A DNA stretch of 63,842 nucleotides, counting the filler, from Collodictyon triciliatum (lineage: Eukaryota), in the NCBI GenBank assembly GCA_043381765.1. It is 12 parts of 12 records of this genome, joined end to end, with 100 filler letters (N's around TTAATTAATTAA, not from the genome) between each part and the next. Parts side by side here need not be neighbours in the genome. Positions count along the whole stretch, not along the records: positions 1 to 5,479 come from JBHJMP010005162.1; positions 5,580 to 11,058 come from JBHJMP010005163.1; positions 11,159 to 16,636 come from JBHJMP010005164.1; positions 16,737 to 22,213 come from JBHJMP010005165.1; 8 more parts are not named here. One strand, given 5' to 3'. The notes beneath the pieces are model-generated. The model searched no databases. It was not told the DNA's origin and was given only the letters and a program-made list of their open reading frames with translations. A program made the position numbers and the translations under genes. Numbering within the stretch: the stretch's first letter is position 1; each line of letters starts with the position of its first letter. This document shows, one piece after another, positions 1-19,511 of this stretch.

Positions 1-3434
<3,434 letters not shown>

Positions 3435-5479
3435 CGAATTTCTGGTTATATATTTAAAATTAAAACTAATTAATCCGATGTATTTATCACAGATTGAATT
3501 ATGAAACGCACGTTGCAGGATTTTTAATAGATGTTCTTCTCGATTCGAAGAAATTATTGCGTTGGGAATCAGTTCTTTTTTCGTCTGGTGAGTGCATTTC
3601 TATCCTATTGCAACCAATTTCTCTATAATTTGAATATTATCAGTTATGCTGATATTTTATTCACCAAACATAGGAATATTCAGCAAACATGATTTCAAGA
3701 ATATTCAGTATTAAATAAAGTAATTCTCAAATCGAAGCTTAATTTTGTGTCAAATATTATCAATTATTATCGATTTTTCATGTGATATAAGGTTGATACA
3801 ATGAAAATAATGCATTATTTATAAAAATAAATCAACACAAACATATTGCGTAGGAAAAAATGAATGAATATTTTAGTGGACAAATTTATTTTCATTATTT
3901 GATTTATAATTTTTACATTCACTGTCTTATTTATATTTTAAATTTTCCCTGTAATAAATCAATCTCATATCCGTAAACCACTTGTCTTTTTCGTACACTC
4001 ATATCTCGATTCACTATTTATAATCCTCTCTCATTTTTCAATTTCAAATAAACCAAATAAATAATCTCTTATTCAGCATCTTTGGATATTCACCGATAAG
4101 CTAAAACGTATGATTGTAAATACAAATGAATTTTGATAGATAAAAATATTATAATTTTGAATTTCATATGAGTTGATTAATGACTAAAATTATTTAAAAG
4201 AGAATGGAACTATTTGCATATAATCATTGTGACGGCCAGAACTTTAGTCATTCCTAAAATTATAAATGCCAGTTCCAAATTAAGAAAAATGTTCTTGGTT
4301 GTTGCATTCGTATAAATTGTTATTCGTCATCATATTGAAAAGTGTTAGGATAAGAACCATCAATTTGAATCATCTTAGTGTTAACCATATAATCACACAG
4401 TAATTAATCAAGCGACCAGAGGTTAAAACAGCCATATTATCAGATAAATTATAATGAATCAATTTTTAAAGAAACCCTGTTTGCTTGACAATATCGAATA
4501 ATTATTATATGAGAAAAATGATATCGTCCTTGAACATAGCTTCCGATAAAATTTGTTCTGGACTAAAAAGTCTAAAATTGAGTTTTTATGAAATCTTCCT
4601 TCAGTAAGCTGGATTACTAATTGTTTTACATATGCTTACTCATGAGGTACAACAATATGTGTATGGAAATGGCGGCCAAGCGATGAGTCACATTCTAATA
4701 TTCGGTAAACTTACATTAACTGATTGAAACACCAAAATATGTTTTGTGAGAGTTAGGTATCATCTCTAAGAGGTTCAGTGATTAGCGATCAGTTTCACTA
4801 TAGATTTGCATGTATCTTTTTCATCGTGATTATTTCATTCTCTATAAGGAGGCTCTAAATTGTGATTTTTAAACAACCAATTATTGTTATTTAGGGGCAC
4901 TCAAAATAGTATGAATGTGAGGGCCAAGGCATATAGCCGTTAGGGTAGGGTATGAGGCAGGCCTGACGAGGGCTAGGGTGGAGCGCGCAGGAGGGCCGGT
5001 GCCGACGGGGTAAAGATCGGGCAGATAAGGCAAGAGATCGGGGCAAAAGGTATGGTACCTGAGCAAGTCCGGTAGTTTGGGCAGATTCTTTTTTTTTTAT
5101 TTTTTTTTGTGAGGGTGGGTTAGCGGGAAAGAAGGGCGCTGTGTGTATAGGTGGTTGGGGTGTTATTATAGGGACAAACGGTGGCGACCATATATGGAAA
5201 AAGTGAAGGCAAAAGGAAAAAAGCGATGCGGCGATATAAGCAATATTATGATTACGATAAATATTAGTGTATTAGTATAGAAGTCCTGCACCAAAAACCT
5301 TACGTGTCTTCAAGTTTTTATTATAAATAATGATATCGCGCAAGTATGACTGGATATGGCTGGAGAACTTCTCGCATGCGCATTAATATACAATGGCGAA
5401 TACATGTTGGTGCTATTATAAGGACAACGACTCTTGTCTATATGGACAGCGAAGAAGGCTGAAAGGGAGCGCGTTGAAT

Positions 5480-5579
5480 NNNNNNNNNNNNNNNNNNNNN
5501 NNNNNNNNNNNNNNNNNNNNNNNTTAATTAATTAANNNNNNNNNNNNNNNNNNNNNNNNNNNNNNNNNNNNNNNNNNNN
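5480..5579. other. Artificial scaffold spacer (first of 11); others start at 11059, 16637, 22214, 27791, 33367, 38942, 44516, 50089, 55658, 61226
   Basis: Identical 100-nt structure N44-TTAATTAATTAA-N44 (stops in all six frames), recurring about every 5.57 kb. Confidence 0.98.
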
Positions 5580-5745
5580 TTTCTTCTTTCTTCTTTCTTC
5601 TTTCTTCTTTCTTCTTTCTTCTTTCTTCTTTCTTCTTTCTTCTTTCTTCTTTCTTCTTTCTTCTTTCTTCTTTCTTCTTTATTTTTTCATCACAGATATG
5701 TGTGTTAAGACTTAGTTAAGTGGAATGGTTATATCTTTGTCGAAG

Positions 5746-7090
5746 CTCCGACTGAAATCCATGGGCGCGAGGCGATCCTTGCTCCAGTGTTTTCGTCGTT
5801 GGCTCTGCTCGTTCTTTTTTACTTTGCTGGATTCTCGACGGTCCTTATCTTGTTGTGTGCATTCTCATCTGTCTACTCAATTGGCTTTTGTATATATCCG
5901 TTTTGTCGCAAAGTTTTAGGCGGTTTCGGGACAAAGTCTGCAGAGTAAGTTTCCCTCCTATACTGCGACCAATGTTTTAACTACATAACGATTCATATCA
6001 AAATGTAATTGTGAGGCGTTTTCATTAGGTCTTCGTGCATCTACTAATTTGACCGAAAATCACTGCATAGAATCCCGTATTTCGGTCTGATGAGTTTCTG
6101 TGATATAGCAACTGTTTTGCTCGGAATTATACCTGTATTGTGGTGGATTGCCACAGGGCACTGGATATTGAATAATAGTTTGCTTTACAATATTCATACA
6201 CTTAAACTCCGATATGATAATAATTTATTTCATCTTGGCTTCACCGCTTCGGTGGACGATGTGATTGATTGTTATCCTTGTGCCACGCTTATATCTAACT
6301 AATTGAATGTTGTTCATCGCTGCCGATTGTGAACAAACTAGTTACAAAACTCAAATATTAGTAATAGGAATCGCTTTTTGCATTTCGTCCATGTCTGTTA
6401 TACGCATCCCAAATGCAAAAATCGCTGCTCTTCTTCTTACAGCGCTCTTTTTTTATGACATTTTCTGGGTTTGCTCTGTTTTAATTAAATAACATCGAAC
6501 CCAGTTTTTGTGACATATCCTACGAATATGAAAGCTTGGTATTTTCAAAAAAAAACATGTCGACATATTTTCGTTTTTAAAAAAAACGAATTATTTTAAG
6601 GTGTTCTATTCAGAATATATCTTCAGCAAGAATGTAATGTAAGTAATCTGCAAAAATTGCAATAACAATCACGAAGCATCGTGTCATCGCCACTTTTTTT
6701 CTTTATTATTCATATTCCTATTATAGTCCCATAGAACCCCCTCGTGTTTAAGATACTCAATAAAATAGCAATAACAAGTAATTGCATTCAATCTAAAGGT
6801 TGGAAGTCGCGTCTACCCATACAGAAAATCCTATTGCAGTAATTGCTCATCAGGTATTTCTCTTTTTTTAAAAAATAATAATAATGATTGAACCTGTATC
6901 GCATACAGATAATACAGAATACACCAATTGTATTAGACGCAGCTAATATTTATAAGACTTTATATAGCGCTTTATATTTTCTTCATAGGTCAATGTTACT
7001 CTACCGATAGCAAAGCAACTGGACCTACCAGTCAAGATTATGTACCCCCGCGAAACTGGCTCGTACGCCATGCTCGGTCTGGGTGACATG
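5746..7090 (+). CDS. SPPL3: Signal peptide peptidase-like GxGD intramembrane aspartyl protease (SPPL3-like), partial
   Basis: Spliced exons give AILAPVFSSLALLVLFYF, GHWILNN, LFFYDIFWVF (first catalytic Asp), KNVMLEVASTHTENPI, LDLPVKIMYP and MLGLGD (second Asp). The final QPALLY exon is not visible and probably lies in gap 7261-7755. Confidence 0.88.
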
Positions 7091-7156
7091 GTATCATTCT
7101 CTTTTCTCTCCCTCTTTTCCCTCCCTCTTTTCTCTCCCTCTTTTCTCTCTCTCTCT

Positions 7157-7202
<46 letters not shown>

Positions 7203-7805
7203 CTCTCTCTCTCTTTTCTCTCTCTCTCTCTCTCTTTTCTCTCTCTCTCTCTCTCTCTCTNNNNNNNNNNNNNNNNNNNNNNNNNNNNNNNNNNNNNNNN
7301 NNNNNNNNNNNNNNNNNNNNNNNNNNNNNNNNNNNNNNNNNNNNNNNNNNNNNNNNNNNNNNNNNNNNNNNNNNNNNNNNNNNNNNNNNNNNNNNNNNNN
7401 NNNNNNNNNNNNNNNNNNNNNNNNNNNNNNNNNNNNNNNNNNNNNNNNNNNNNNNNNNNNNNNNNNNNNNNNNNNNNNNNNNNNNNNNNNNNNNNNNNNN
7501 NNNNNNNNNNNNNNNNNNNNNNNNNNNNNNNNNNNNNNNNNNNNNNNNNNNNNNNNNNNNNNNNNNNNNNNNNNNNNNNNNNNNNNNNNNNNNNNNNNNN
7601 NNNNNNNNNNNNNNNNNNNNNNNNNNNNNNNNNNNNNNNNNNNNNNNNNNNNNNNNNNNNNNNNNNNNNNNNNNNNNNNNNNNNNNNNNNNNNNNNNNNN
7701 NNNNNNNNNNNNNNNNNNNNNNNNNNNNNNNNNNNNNNNNNNNNNNNNNNNNNNNTTTTTTAATTTTTCATGTAAATAATTCAATTTAATTACAGATTTT
7801 TTTAA

Positions 7806-9056
7806 TTGTTATTATTATCGTACCAGCTCTTATCTACTGCTGCGCGTTTGAAGAAACCTATGGTTATAGAAGAGTCTTCTGTGATTCATTTAAAATCCAG
7901 CTTCAGTAAAATCTTTGCAGCAGCTTTGAAAAAGTCTACCCTTCACAGGCTTTCGAACGAATGGAATCGAATGATTGAGCTTACGTCTGCCGACATCCCG
8001 ACTTTGACACCGCATTCAAATATTCAATATCGTCTCCCTTCCTCCCTCAAGGAATATTTGGAAAAGACCCGATTTAATCCGTTGTTTTTTCTGCCTGTTT
8101 TGAAACCTACGAGGGATCTCAAGGGTATCACAGGACCTAAGTTTGTTCTGGATGAAAAGAAATTGACAAGCATGGGTATCAATAAGGCAATAAGCATCGT
8201 TGTACACCCAATCAATGGAGAAGTATATGTTATCCAGTCAAATTGCGCATACATATGCGTTCTTACACCCGATCTAAAAATTTTGGAAAAAATAACATTG
8301 TATGTTCCAAAGTTTGCCTTGAAAAAAAGGCCGAAGCGAGGAAGCCCAGGTACTGGAGATGCTGAGGATTATCCTGATCATAATGAAGCTCTGCCATTTG
8401 ATAAAGAAGATGATGTAGATAACGGCGAGATGGATAAGTTAATGTGTGATTCAATAGCCTTTTCAAAAGATGGATATATTGTTGTCGGAGCTTACAATGT
8501 CCCACAAATTAGTGTATTTGATTCGAACTATAAGCATGTGTCCACCTTTTGGGAGTCTAAATGGGGTCATATCGATACGTACAACAGCTCCCCAAAGAGG
8601 ATTGTTTTCAATGACGAGAATGATTTCTATGTGTCTGACCCAGGGATTGTCGGGCTACAGAAATTGAATTTACAGGGTTCTTGCCTTCAAGTATTTGTGG
8701 AGGGCTATCTGGGGCGAATGTATGGTATTCGGCCGATCCACGGTGTTGCAGTGATAAATGGGAATGTATTGCTTTCCCTCGAAAGACGAGGGGATGCTGT
8801 GTACTATCATGTTAAAGATGGGCAAGCCATACGCCAGTACCTGTCTTCGAGAGTGGACATTGAAAATAACCTATTTGTTGGGCCTGACGAAACCTTTGGC
8901 ATTTGCGATTGCTTCCGTGACATTATTCATTTTTACGAATACAGGGGAAAATTGGTGCACCAGATTCAAACAAAAAAACCTCTTAGTGCAGCCTTCGGAG
9001 TCAATAGCCAGCTTTACGTTCTAGAAAATGAAAACAAATCCCTCTCAATATACTAG
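7806..9056 (+). CDS. NHL-like / beta-propeller protein, uninterrupted ORF (first ATG at 7860; may be a last exon)
   Basis: 416-codon ORF with blade-like units SIVVHPINGEVYVI, SIAFSKDGYIVV, PKRIVFNDENDFYVSD and PLSAAFGVNSQLYVLE. Confidence 0.65.
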   Translation: MLLLSYQLLSTAARLKKPMVIEESSVIHLKSSFSKIFAAALKKSTLHRLSNEWNRMIELTSADIPTLTPHSNIQYRLPSSLKEYLEKTRFNPLFFLPVLKPTRDLKGITGPKFVLDEKKLTSMGINKAISIVVHPINGEVYVIQSNCAYICVLTPDLKILEKITLYVPKFALKKRPKRGSPGTGDAEDYPDHNEALPFDKEDDVDNGEMDKLMCDSIAFSKDGYIVVGAYNVPQISVFDSNYKHVSTFWESKWGHIDTYNSSPKRIVFNDENDFYVSDPGIVGLQKLNLQGSCLQVFVEGYLGRMYGIRPIHGVAVINGNVLLSLERRGDAVYYHVKDGQAIRQYLSSRVDIENNLFVGPDETFGICDCFRDIIHFYEYRGKLVHQIQTKKPLSAAFGVNSQLYVLENENKSLSIY

Positions 9057-9984
9057 CCATTACGTTTTGATTCGCATAAGATGAAAAGGGAAGAACTCAA
9101 TATTAAAAAGAGAGAGAAGGAAAAATAAGGATAACCAAGTTTATATATCTCCAATTACATGAATAATGGGAAAATGACTTGCAATTATTATGTTTTTTTT
9201 TTTTTTGTAGGCTCGTAACCTCCGAGATGAAAATTGCTGCAATATCTAACTTTCCTCTTCTGCAATCAGTAATAAAATGATACGATGGCATAAATTTGAG
9301 TCTTTTTTTTTTTTCCTTTCATTAATTTTGATAAAATCAGGAAGAACAAGCTAGCGATATTAGAACTGATAGATGTTTTTATTTTCTTTGGTTAGGTGCA
9401 TAGCCTTATTGTTCTTTGTTTAGTTTTGTTAGAAATAGAAAATAGAAGTAAAATAAATTCTACGGTAAAGAAAATACCATAAGTCATTCCGAGACAGAAT
9501 TCCCATATCTGTCTTAATATTCCCAAAGGGACAAAATTATTCAATACATTTATTCATAAATTAACATATTTCTTTGAAGGATTGAAACTTCCACTGGCAG
9601 GGCTCATTTTCTCTCCTTCACACAGCCACTTCAGAAGACAAAAAATAAACAGATGGAAGAAAAAAAAATACAAAATAGCTCTTTTACCAGCCCTTCATTT
9701 GTCCCCTTCCATCATATCCAAATTGGAAAAATTAAACAAGAACCAAAAAAAAAAAAAAAATTCACAAAAAAATAAAAGGGGAAGGAACAACCAATCACAA
9801 GAACCACAACACAGCCAAGGCGCAGTCAGATCAACCATCTGCCAAAATACAATCGCGCAAAACCGCACCGGAGCCAGATCCCCGAAGCACCCAGGACAAA
9901 ACAAACAAACAAACAAACAAACAAACAAACAAACAAACAAACAAACCTACAGGAAAACCCCGCCGCCTCCCCAGTCGCGCGCCA

Positions 9985-10867
9985 TGTACACAAACGATCG
10001 TGAGTCACATACTCTCCTTTATCTCTCGTCTCTCCTCTCCTTATCTCTCCTCTCCTCTCCTCTCCTCTCCCTTCCTCTCCGCTCCTCTCTTCTCCTCTCC
10101 TCTCCTTATCTCTCCTCTCCTCTCCTTATCTCTCCTCTCCTCTCCTCTCCCTTCCTCTCCTTATCTCTCCTCTCCTTATCTCTCCTCTCCCCTCCTCTCC
10201 TCCCCTGCCGTTCCCACGCTAAGCGCACAACCCGCAGAGCTCCCGCCCTCCGCCCCACCCTCCGCGCCGCCGCACGACCCATACGCGGCACAGCCATACC
10301 CGCCACAGCCGTACCCGCCACAGCCATACGCGGGGCAGCCATACGCGGGGCAGCCATACCCGCCACAGCCATACGCGCCGTATGACCCCAACGCCCCGCC
10401 GCAGCCGTACCCGCCGCAGCCGTACGGGCAGCCGATGGGCGCAGGCTATGCGCAACCCGCCCCGGTCTACCCGTCGCCGGGCGCCCCGGCATACCAGGAT
10501 CCCAAGGCCCCCGCCCCGGTGCCCTTGACGTCGCCGCCCGCGCAGCACACCACGATTGTCGTGCAGGCCGGTCGCGTGAGTCTCCCTTGTCTCGTCTCAT
10601 CTCATTCCATCTTGTCTGTTCTGCCTGTGTGGGAATGTTGACCTCCCACCAACCCATCACACACATACACACATACACACATACCCCACGCAGCCCATCG
10701 TCACCAACCGCCAGGGCTACTGTCCGTACTGCGACGTGCCGCTGCAGTCGAGCGGCTTCCAGTGCTGGGCCATCGTCTGCGCCATCCTGCTCTTCCCCTG
10801 GGGGCTCCTGTGCCTCTGCTGCGGACAGACCTACCGCTGCAACAGATGCGGATACTCCCCCTCCTAA
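9985..10867 (+). CDS. BRI3 / LITAF-like Pro-Tyr-rich membrane protein; exons 9985-10000, 10238-10575, 10694-10867
   Basis: Phase-compatible GTGAGT...GCAG introns. QPYPP repeats are followed by CPYC...WAIVCAILLFPWGLLCLCC...CNRCG and a TAA stop (CxxC-hydrophobic-CxxC layout). Confidence 0.85.
10015..10205. repeat. Degenerate (CTCCT)n polypyrimidine tract in BRI3-like intron 1
   Basis: Seen directly. Confidence 0.9.
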
Positions 10868-10971
10868 ACATCCCCTGCGCCCCGGACACGCATGCCCATA
10901 AAGGCCGCCCCTCTGCTGCCCTTCCTGCTCCCAGCTGCCTCTTTCTCTTTTTTTTCTCTTTTTTTTTCTCT

Positions 10972-11058
<87 letters not shown>

Positions 11059-11221
11059 NNNNNNNNNNNNNNNNNNNNNNNNNNNNNNNNNNNNNNNNNN
11101 NNTTAATTAATTAANNNNNNNNNNNNNNNNNNNNNNNNNNNNNNNNNNNNNNNNNNNNTATAGACAACATAAGAGTTTCATCCTCTTCAGATTTAACTGA
11201 CGAATACAATCGACGCATAAG

Positions 11222-11320
11222 TACAGAGATACAGAGATACAGAGATACAGAGATACAGAGATACAGAGATACAGAGATACAGAGATACAGAGATACAGAG
11301 ATACAGAGATACAGAGATAC
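11222..11320. repeat. (ACAGAGAT)n 8-mer tandem repeat, intronic
   Basis: Seen directly. Confidence 0.95.
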
Positions 11321-11406
11321 CAGAAGAAGATAAATCCATTAAGAAATAAAAGAAAAAGAACTGGAGTCGGGGTCTCCCTAAGAGATTGACAGGAGATGAA
11401 CTTCAC

Positions 11407-13924
<2,518 letters not shown>

Positions 13925-14170
13925 CCGTTGTGTGGGTTGCTTCCTCTTTACAGGCTTTACAATAAAGATTGAAAGAAAAGTTTGGATACTGGTTAAAAAG
14001 GAGGGAAAAAAAAAGGGAGACAAAAGAGAGAAGAAGGTAAAGGAAAAAAGTGTGGCGCAGTTTGGGTGCCTGCTTACTCTTTTTATCTTTATTGTTATAT
14101 TTATTGCCAATATCAACGTCGCTGTTGTCGACTTCCTGCTTGCAACGCGCACTCCAAAGAGTTTTGCTAA

Positions 14171-15547
14171 TCAGGGTTGCTCCAAGTATGGCGCGTTGAG
14201 GGAGTTGCGTGTGAGGCCAAAGGGATGATGGAGAAAGTAGACTGCAACAGAGATCACAGATCCAAGAATACCTCCTGTAATCACGTCTCCTGGATGATGT
14301 CTGGACACAAAGATGGGTATGTGAAAATCCGCTTACACGCACAAACAACTTTTAATATCCCCACTCTGCATTTCTCAATATCCGTGTCTTATTTTTTTTT
14401 AATATATAATTGTCCATGCAAAGCCGCATCAAGAATAACAGTAATGTATCAAATCATGCAAGGAAACATGTGATAAGGAAGTATACTTGTTATCTGCAAC
14501 ACGGCTGATGGCTATTAATGCGGCAACAACTATATATATGTCGTGTGTGGAGATGGCAGGATTAGAAGATAAGGGAAATAATGAGAATAAGTTAACATTT
14601 CAGGTTCACATTATAATAAGTAAATAGTAATAATAATCGACAAAAATATACACTAAACGCCATGCTTAACGAGACAAAAAAAAAAAAGAGGAATGTATAA
14701 ATGATAGTTACCAAGAGGTGATACAATCGCAGAAAGTCGGATAAAACTGAGTCGCCCGATATTCTCTCGGGCGAAAGGGCGCAATTCAATTAGCAGTACG
14801 ATAGACAGATAAACGCACCCAGCAAATGAATATGAAGCATGACCTATAAACCCGTTTGTGATTATGTGAGCAGAAGTAGAGGCGCGCTGCAAAACAAAAT
14901 GACATGTGGATGAGAAATAAAGAACCTGAAGGAAACGATTTTCGGCCCTCTTTTATCTCAGCAGAATCTCCTGTGCATTCCCCATCAACTGGTTCGCATC
15001 TATAGAGAAAATCGGGTCGTAAGCGGCCCATTGAAACCTATTAAGGACGAATAGAATTATTGTTACAAAAGGAAAGACTAGGAAAGGAAAGGAAAGAATA
15101 GAAAATCAGAGAAAATGAAATGGATGAGATATTTTGATGGATTGTGATAGCTAAACTCCATGAAAATAAAACCCACATGTAACAAAAAAAAATTCACAAC
15201 CATTTCAACCACTTTGCGATGATAGAGAGCAGGTATTTGATTTTACTTTGATAATATCTGTAACAATCATAGTCAACGTTGTGGCGTAGAAGATCCCCAG
15301 TAAACGGAATATAAGCTCACTTTTCCTCCGTGACTTCGATGATATGACAAAAATAAACAATTCTTTATGACCAGGAAGATGAATAAAACATGAATTGATC
15401 TCAACTCAACCAAAGAGATACCTATATCGCATGTCTTAGATTCAACTATGCTTATGGAAAATAATATCCCAACCCCATTGTTGATCCCAAAGTGAATCGC
15501 TGTTACAACAAACAGAGGTGCGACCAAGGCAATCAAGGCCAACTCGA
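14171..15547 (-). CDS. PAP2-family lipid phosphate phosphatase (PLPP4/5, DPP1-like), 5' part in N gap
   Basis: Motifs [21 protein letters not shown] and SRVADNKHHPGDV across GT-AG introns; TGA at 14171-14173. Confidence 0.92.
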
Positions 15548-16911
15548 NNNNNNNNNNNNNNNNNNNNNNNNNNNNNNNNNNNNNNNNNNNNNNNNNNNNN
15601 NNNNNNNNNNNNNNNNNNNNNNNNNNNNNNNNNNNNNNNNNNNNNNNNNNNNNNNNNNNNNNNNNNNNNNNNNNNNNNNNNNNNNNNNNNNNNNNNNNNN
15701 NNNNNNNNNNNNNNNNNNNNNNNNNNNNNNNNNNNNNNNNNNNNNNNNNNNNNNNNNNNNNNNNNNNNNNNNNNNNNNNNNNNNNNNNNNNNNNNNNNNN
15801 NNNNNNNNNNNNNNNNNNNNNNNNNNNNNNNNNNNNNNNNNNNNNNNNNNNNNNNNNNNNNNNNNNNNNNNNNNNNNNNNNNNNNNNNNNNNNNNNNNNN
15901 NNNNNNNNNNNNNNNNNNNNNNNNNNNNNNNNNNNNNNNNNNNNNNNNNNNNNNNNNNNNNNNNNNNNNNNNNNNNNNNNNNNNNNNNNNNNNNNNNNNN
16001 NNNNNNNNNNNNNNNNNNNNNNNNNNNNNNNNNNNNNNNNGCCACTTCACAACTGCACGTAGTCTAATAAGTCAGTATGTGCTCTCGTTGTGCGATTCAT
16101 TCAAGTATATCATGAGAGCCGTACGCTCAACGAGAGTTCAGACAAGCAAATTAATCAGAGATCATGCGAGGCAATATACACGGCGCTCTCTTCATTTCAT
16201 GTATGATTGTTCCATGAGTATTGCTGCCTTTCATAAAATGCCGGTATAGTTTCCGGACGATAAAGGCACAGAAGAAAGTAGAGGAAAGATATATGTGTTT
16301 GTGTGTCATTCACCTATTTACTAATTATAACTATGTCAATTATTCGATTCAAAGTTATTCAAATGCGATGCTAGTATTGTTATCTATGGTTTTACTGTTT
16401 TTATGGCTATTACTATTGTGCGTGCCGATTATCAACACCACGTCGATGATCTCACCAAAAGTGAGTTGACTCTATTGTCTCTGCTTTCTGCTTTGATCAA
16501 AGAGAAGGAAAATGAAGAGGAAAAAGAAAAGCAAAAAGAAAAGGAAAAGGGGAATTTGATGCTTTGTTGTTGGTTTTCACGCCTTCTGATTGACCCGCAA
16601 CGCCACAGACCACTAGGACGCACTCAGCCCTTGACCNNNNNNNNNNNNNNNNNNNNNNNNNNNNNNNNNNNNNNNNNNNNTTAATTAATTAANNNNNNNN
16701 NNNNNNNNNNNNNNNNNNNNNNNNNNNNNNNNNNNNTTTTTTGTTTGTTTTTTTGTTTGTTTTTTGTTTGTTTTTTTGTTTGTTTTTTTGTTTGTTTTTT
16801 TGTTTGTTTTTTTGTTTGTTTTTTTGTTTGTTTTTTTGTTTGTTTGTTTGTTTGTTTTTTTGTTTGTTTTTTTGTTTCGTTCATTCGTACAGTAATCCCA
16901 AAAAAAGCATA

Positions 16912-19436
16912 CATCATCCATTTCTGGGTCATCTTCGTCCAAAGAGGACCCTATTTTTCCAGAGCTTGCATCTTTTTTTGCATCTTAAATTTGTCGGGAA
17001 TAGCATGAGAAAGAAAAGATTTTAAAAAAATTAAGGGATATAAAGAAAAAATACCGCAAAGATTATATTCACGTAAAGGTGGCAGGCTCTCATGAAGAAT
17101 AGGGAAGAAAGGAAATCGAAAAAAATCGAAAAAAAAAAAAAAGGAAACGAATAAAGCAGTAAGATGTTGCAGAATAATATAGAGTAATTACCTTTCTTTC
17201 CTGCAACCCCTTTGGCATCCAAGGGAGACGTCCCTGTCGTTCCTTGCGCTGCTGCCTTGGCCTTTTCTTGTGCCTTTTGGGCCTTTCGTTCTTGAATACG
17301 TTTTTGTCTCAAGGCCGCCTGTTCCTGTATTTTTCAGAGGATATTATGCGCGATTTCTATATTCATTTATGACTAGGATATTCGAATATAGTAACTGAAG
17401 ATATTACGTAGGTAGATAAATATACATGTATCGAATATATTTGATTGATTGATTGATAGATTGATAGATTGATAGATTGATAGATTGATAGATTGATATA
17501 TTGATATATTGATAGATTGATATATTGATAGATTGATAGATCTGTTCTTTTGTTTTCATGGCTTCATTTCTTTTGCATCGGATATAGATTTGACAAGGAT
17601 TATAAGTAATACTGCTTTCCATTCTTGAGGTGTGAGGCCCTCTAAGAATTCTTTGTACCTAAGAAAATTACTCGCAACTTAGAAATAGTGACAGGGTAAC
17701 AGATTGAGAAATGATAGTCTTTTCTTTTCTTTTCTTTTCTTTTCTTTTCTTTTCTTTTCTTTTCTTTTCTTTTCTTTTCTTTTCTTTTCTTTTCTTTTCT
17801 TTTCTTTTCTTTTCTTATTCATTCGCTCGACTAGAAACAAATCAAGATTATGAAATCATCTTGTGCTCATCACAAATCCCTCGTTTATTATGTAGATGTT
17901 TTTAAAAAAAAAAACTATATAGACACTTTTATTTAAATATTATAATCTAAAATCTATACTTTCTGCATTCTTGAAGTTGCTCCTCATCCTTTGACATATC
18001 ACTCTTTATGGCCATGATTTGAGCATTCAGTTTCTTGATTTCTTGAACCTTATCCAACTTAAGTTTTGACTCTGCTTCTGCTCTATAATTTGGTATACAT
18101 ATTTAGATTTTTCCTGAAAAATATCATTAATCAAAAATGAAACTTCAAGAAATGAATCCCAGGGTAAAAGTTATAATCTTAGTTAATTTATTTGCTTGTT
18201 CAAAAGAGATAGAATGACTTTGAATCGAATAAAGGGAAAAAAAAAAAAGAGATAGAATGACACTGGAGAGAGAGAAAAAAATTCATTTAGGCGTAGAACA
18301 AGGGGAACCTTTTGATTGCCTCAACTGCCTTCATATCATTTTCTTTGAGAAATGCGTCGAATCTCATCGCATCTTCTTCAAGCATTTGCTCGCTAGGAGA
18401 CAACAAAAAAAGCAGAAGAAAAGGTCAGTAAAATGATTCTATGATTTTTTTGTTAGTTATTATATTGAAGTAGATTGAATCTTTGATGTAATTTATATAT
18501 ATATATGAATCAAGGCAACAAATAAACATGTTGTCTAAAAAATATTTGCTAGGTATTTACCTCTTTTTAAGGGCTTCCTCTCGTTGCCGGGCTCTCTCTT
18601 CGAGCTTTCTCATTTCGTCACGTTTTGTGTCGAGAGACATTTGAACAAGGAACATTTCACCTGTAATCAAATCATACATTAGTACGTATCTTGTGATGGT
18701 TTTATGTTGTAAATTAATTGAAAAATTCTTACGCTTTTTTGCGATAAAGTCATTCAGATTTTCTTTCTCTTTTCTTCTCTCTCCTTGCCCTCCTTGGGTC
18801 GGCTCCCTGTTTTGATGTTGAATCGGATTAATTGTAGGGAATCACTAATCCATGAGCTAATTTGAGGAAAATAGTAAGTAAGGATGATAGATTTGAAGGT
18901 ATGAGATTGTTTGAGGCTGAAACAACTTGAATAGTTGTTTCGTGAACAAATAATGAGGGAGAATAGATTACTTGTTTTCATCCCTATCGTCCTCTTCTTC
19001 ATCCTCGTTGAATAAACGTGTTGTGGCCATTTTCGAGGACCATGTGGCCTTCTCCCAGACATGGAGTTTGGTAGACTGATCTCGAGCCTTTGGAAATATG
19101 AGTGCGGATCAAATACTTCATTATATATAAAACAAAGAGATTTTTTTCCATGCGCTTAAGTAGAGAATATATCATTTTAAAAAAATCATACAGTGAAATG
19201 GGAAATCGCATGAGAACTATGTGAAATTTCGAGCTTGAAAGTACCTCTTTTTTCCGTCGTCTTTCTTCATCACGCAGAGCAAATACTTCATCATCTGACG
19301 GCATCGAAAATGGATTCTCTTTGGTGGTCTTTGTTTCATCGGTCATGCCGATTTGCCCATCCTTCAATGGAGTGCCTTGAAACGATATTGAAAAGATGAA
19401 TTAAGTAAATGTTGTCTGACGATGATGATGATGGTG

Positions 19437-19511
<75 letters not shown>

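Noticed and set aside
4920-5479. G-rich stretch and a weak retroelement-like peptide (QWRIHVG)
   Set aside because: No convincing ORF, motif or structure.
10106-10678. Antisense and alternative-frame ORFs over GC-rich genes (also 39278-41322 and 21633-21932)
   Set aside because: Shadow ORFs caused by stop-codon scarcity in GC-rich coding DNA.
16350-16460. Exon-like segment ending at a GTGAGT donor
   Set aside because: Too short to assign a frame or product; isolated by gaps.
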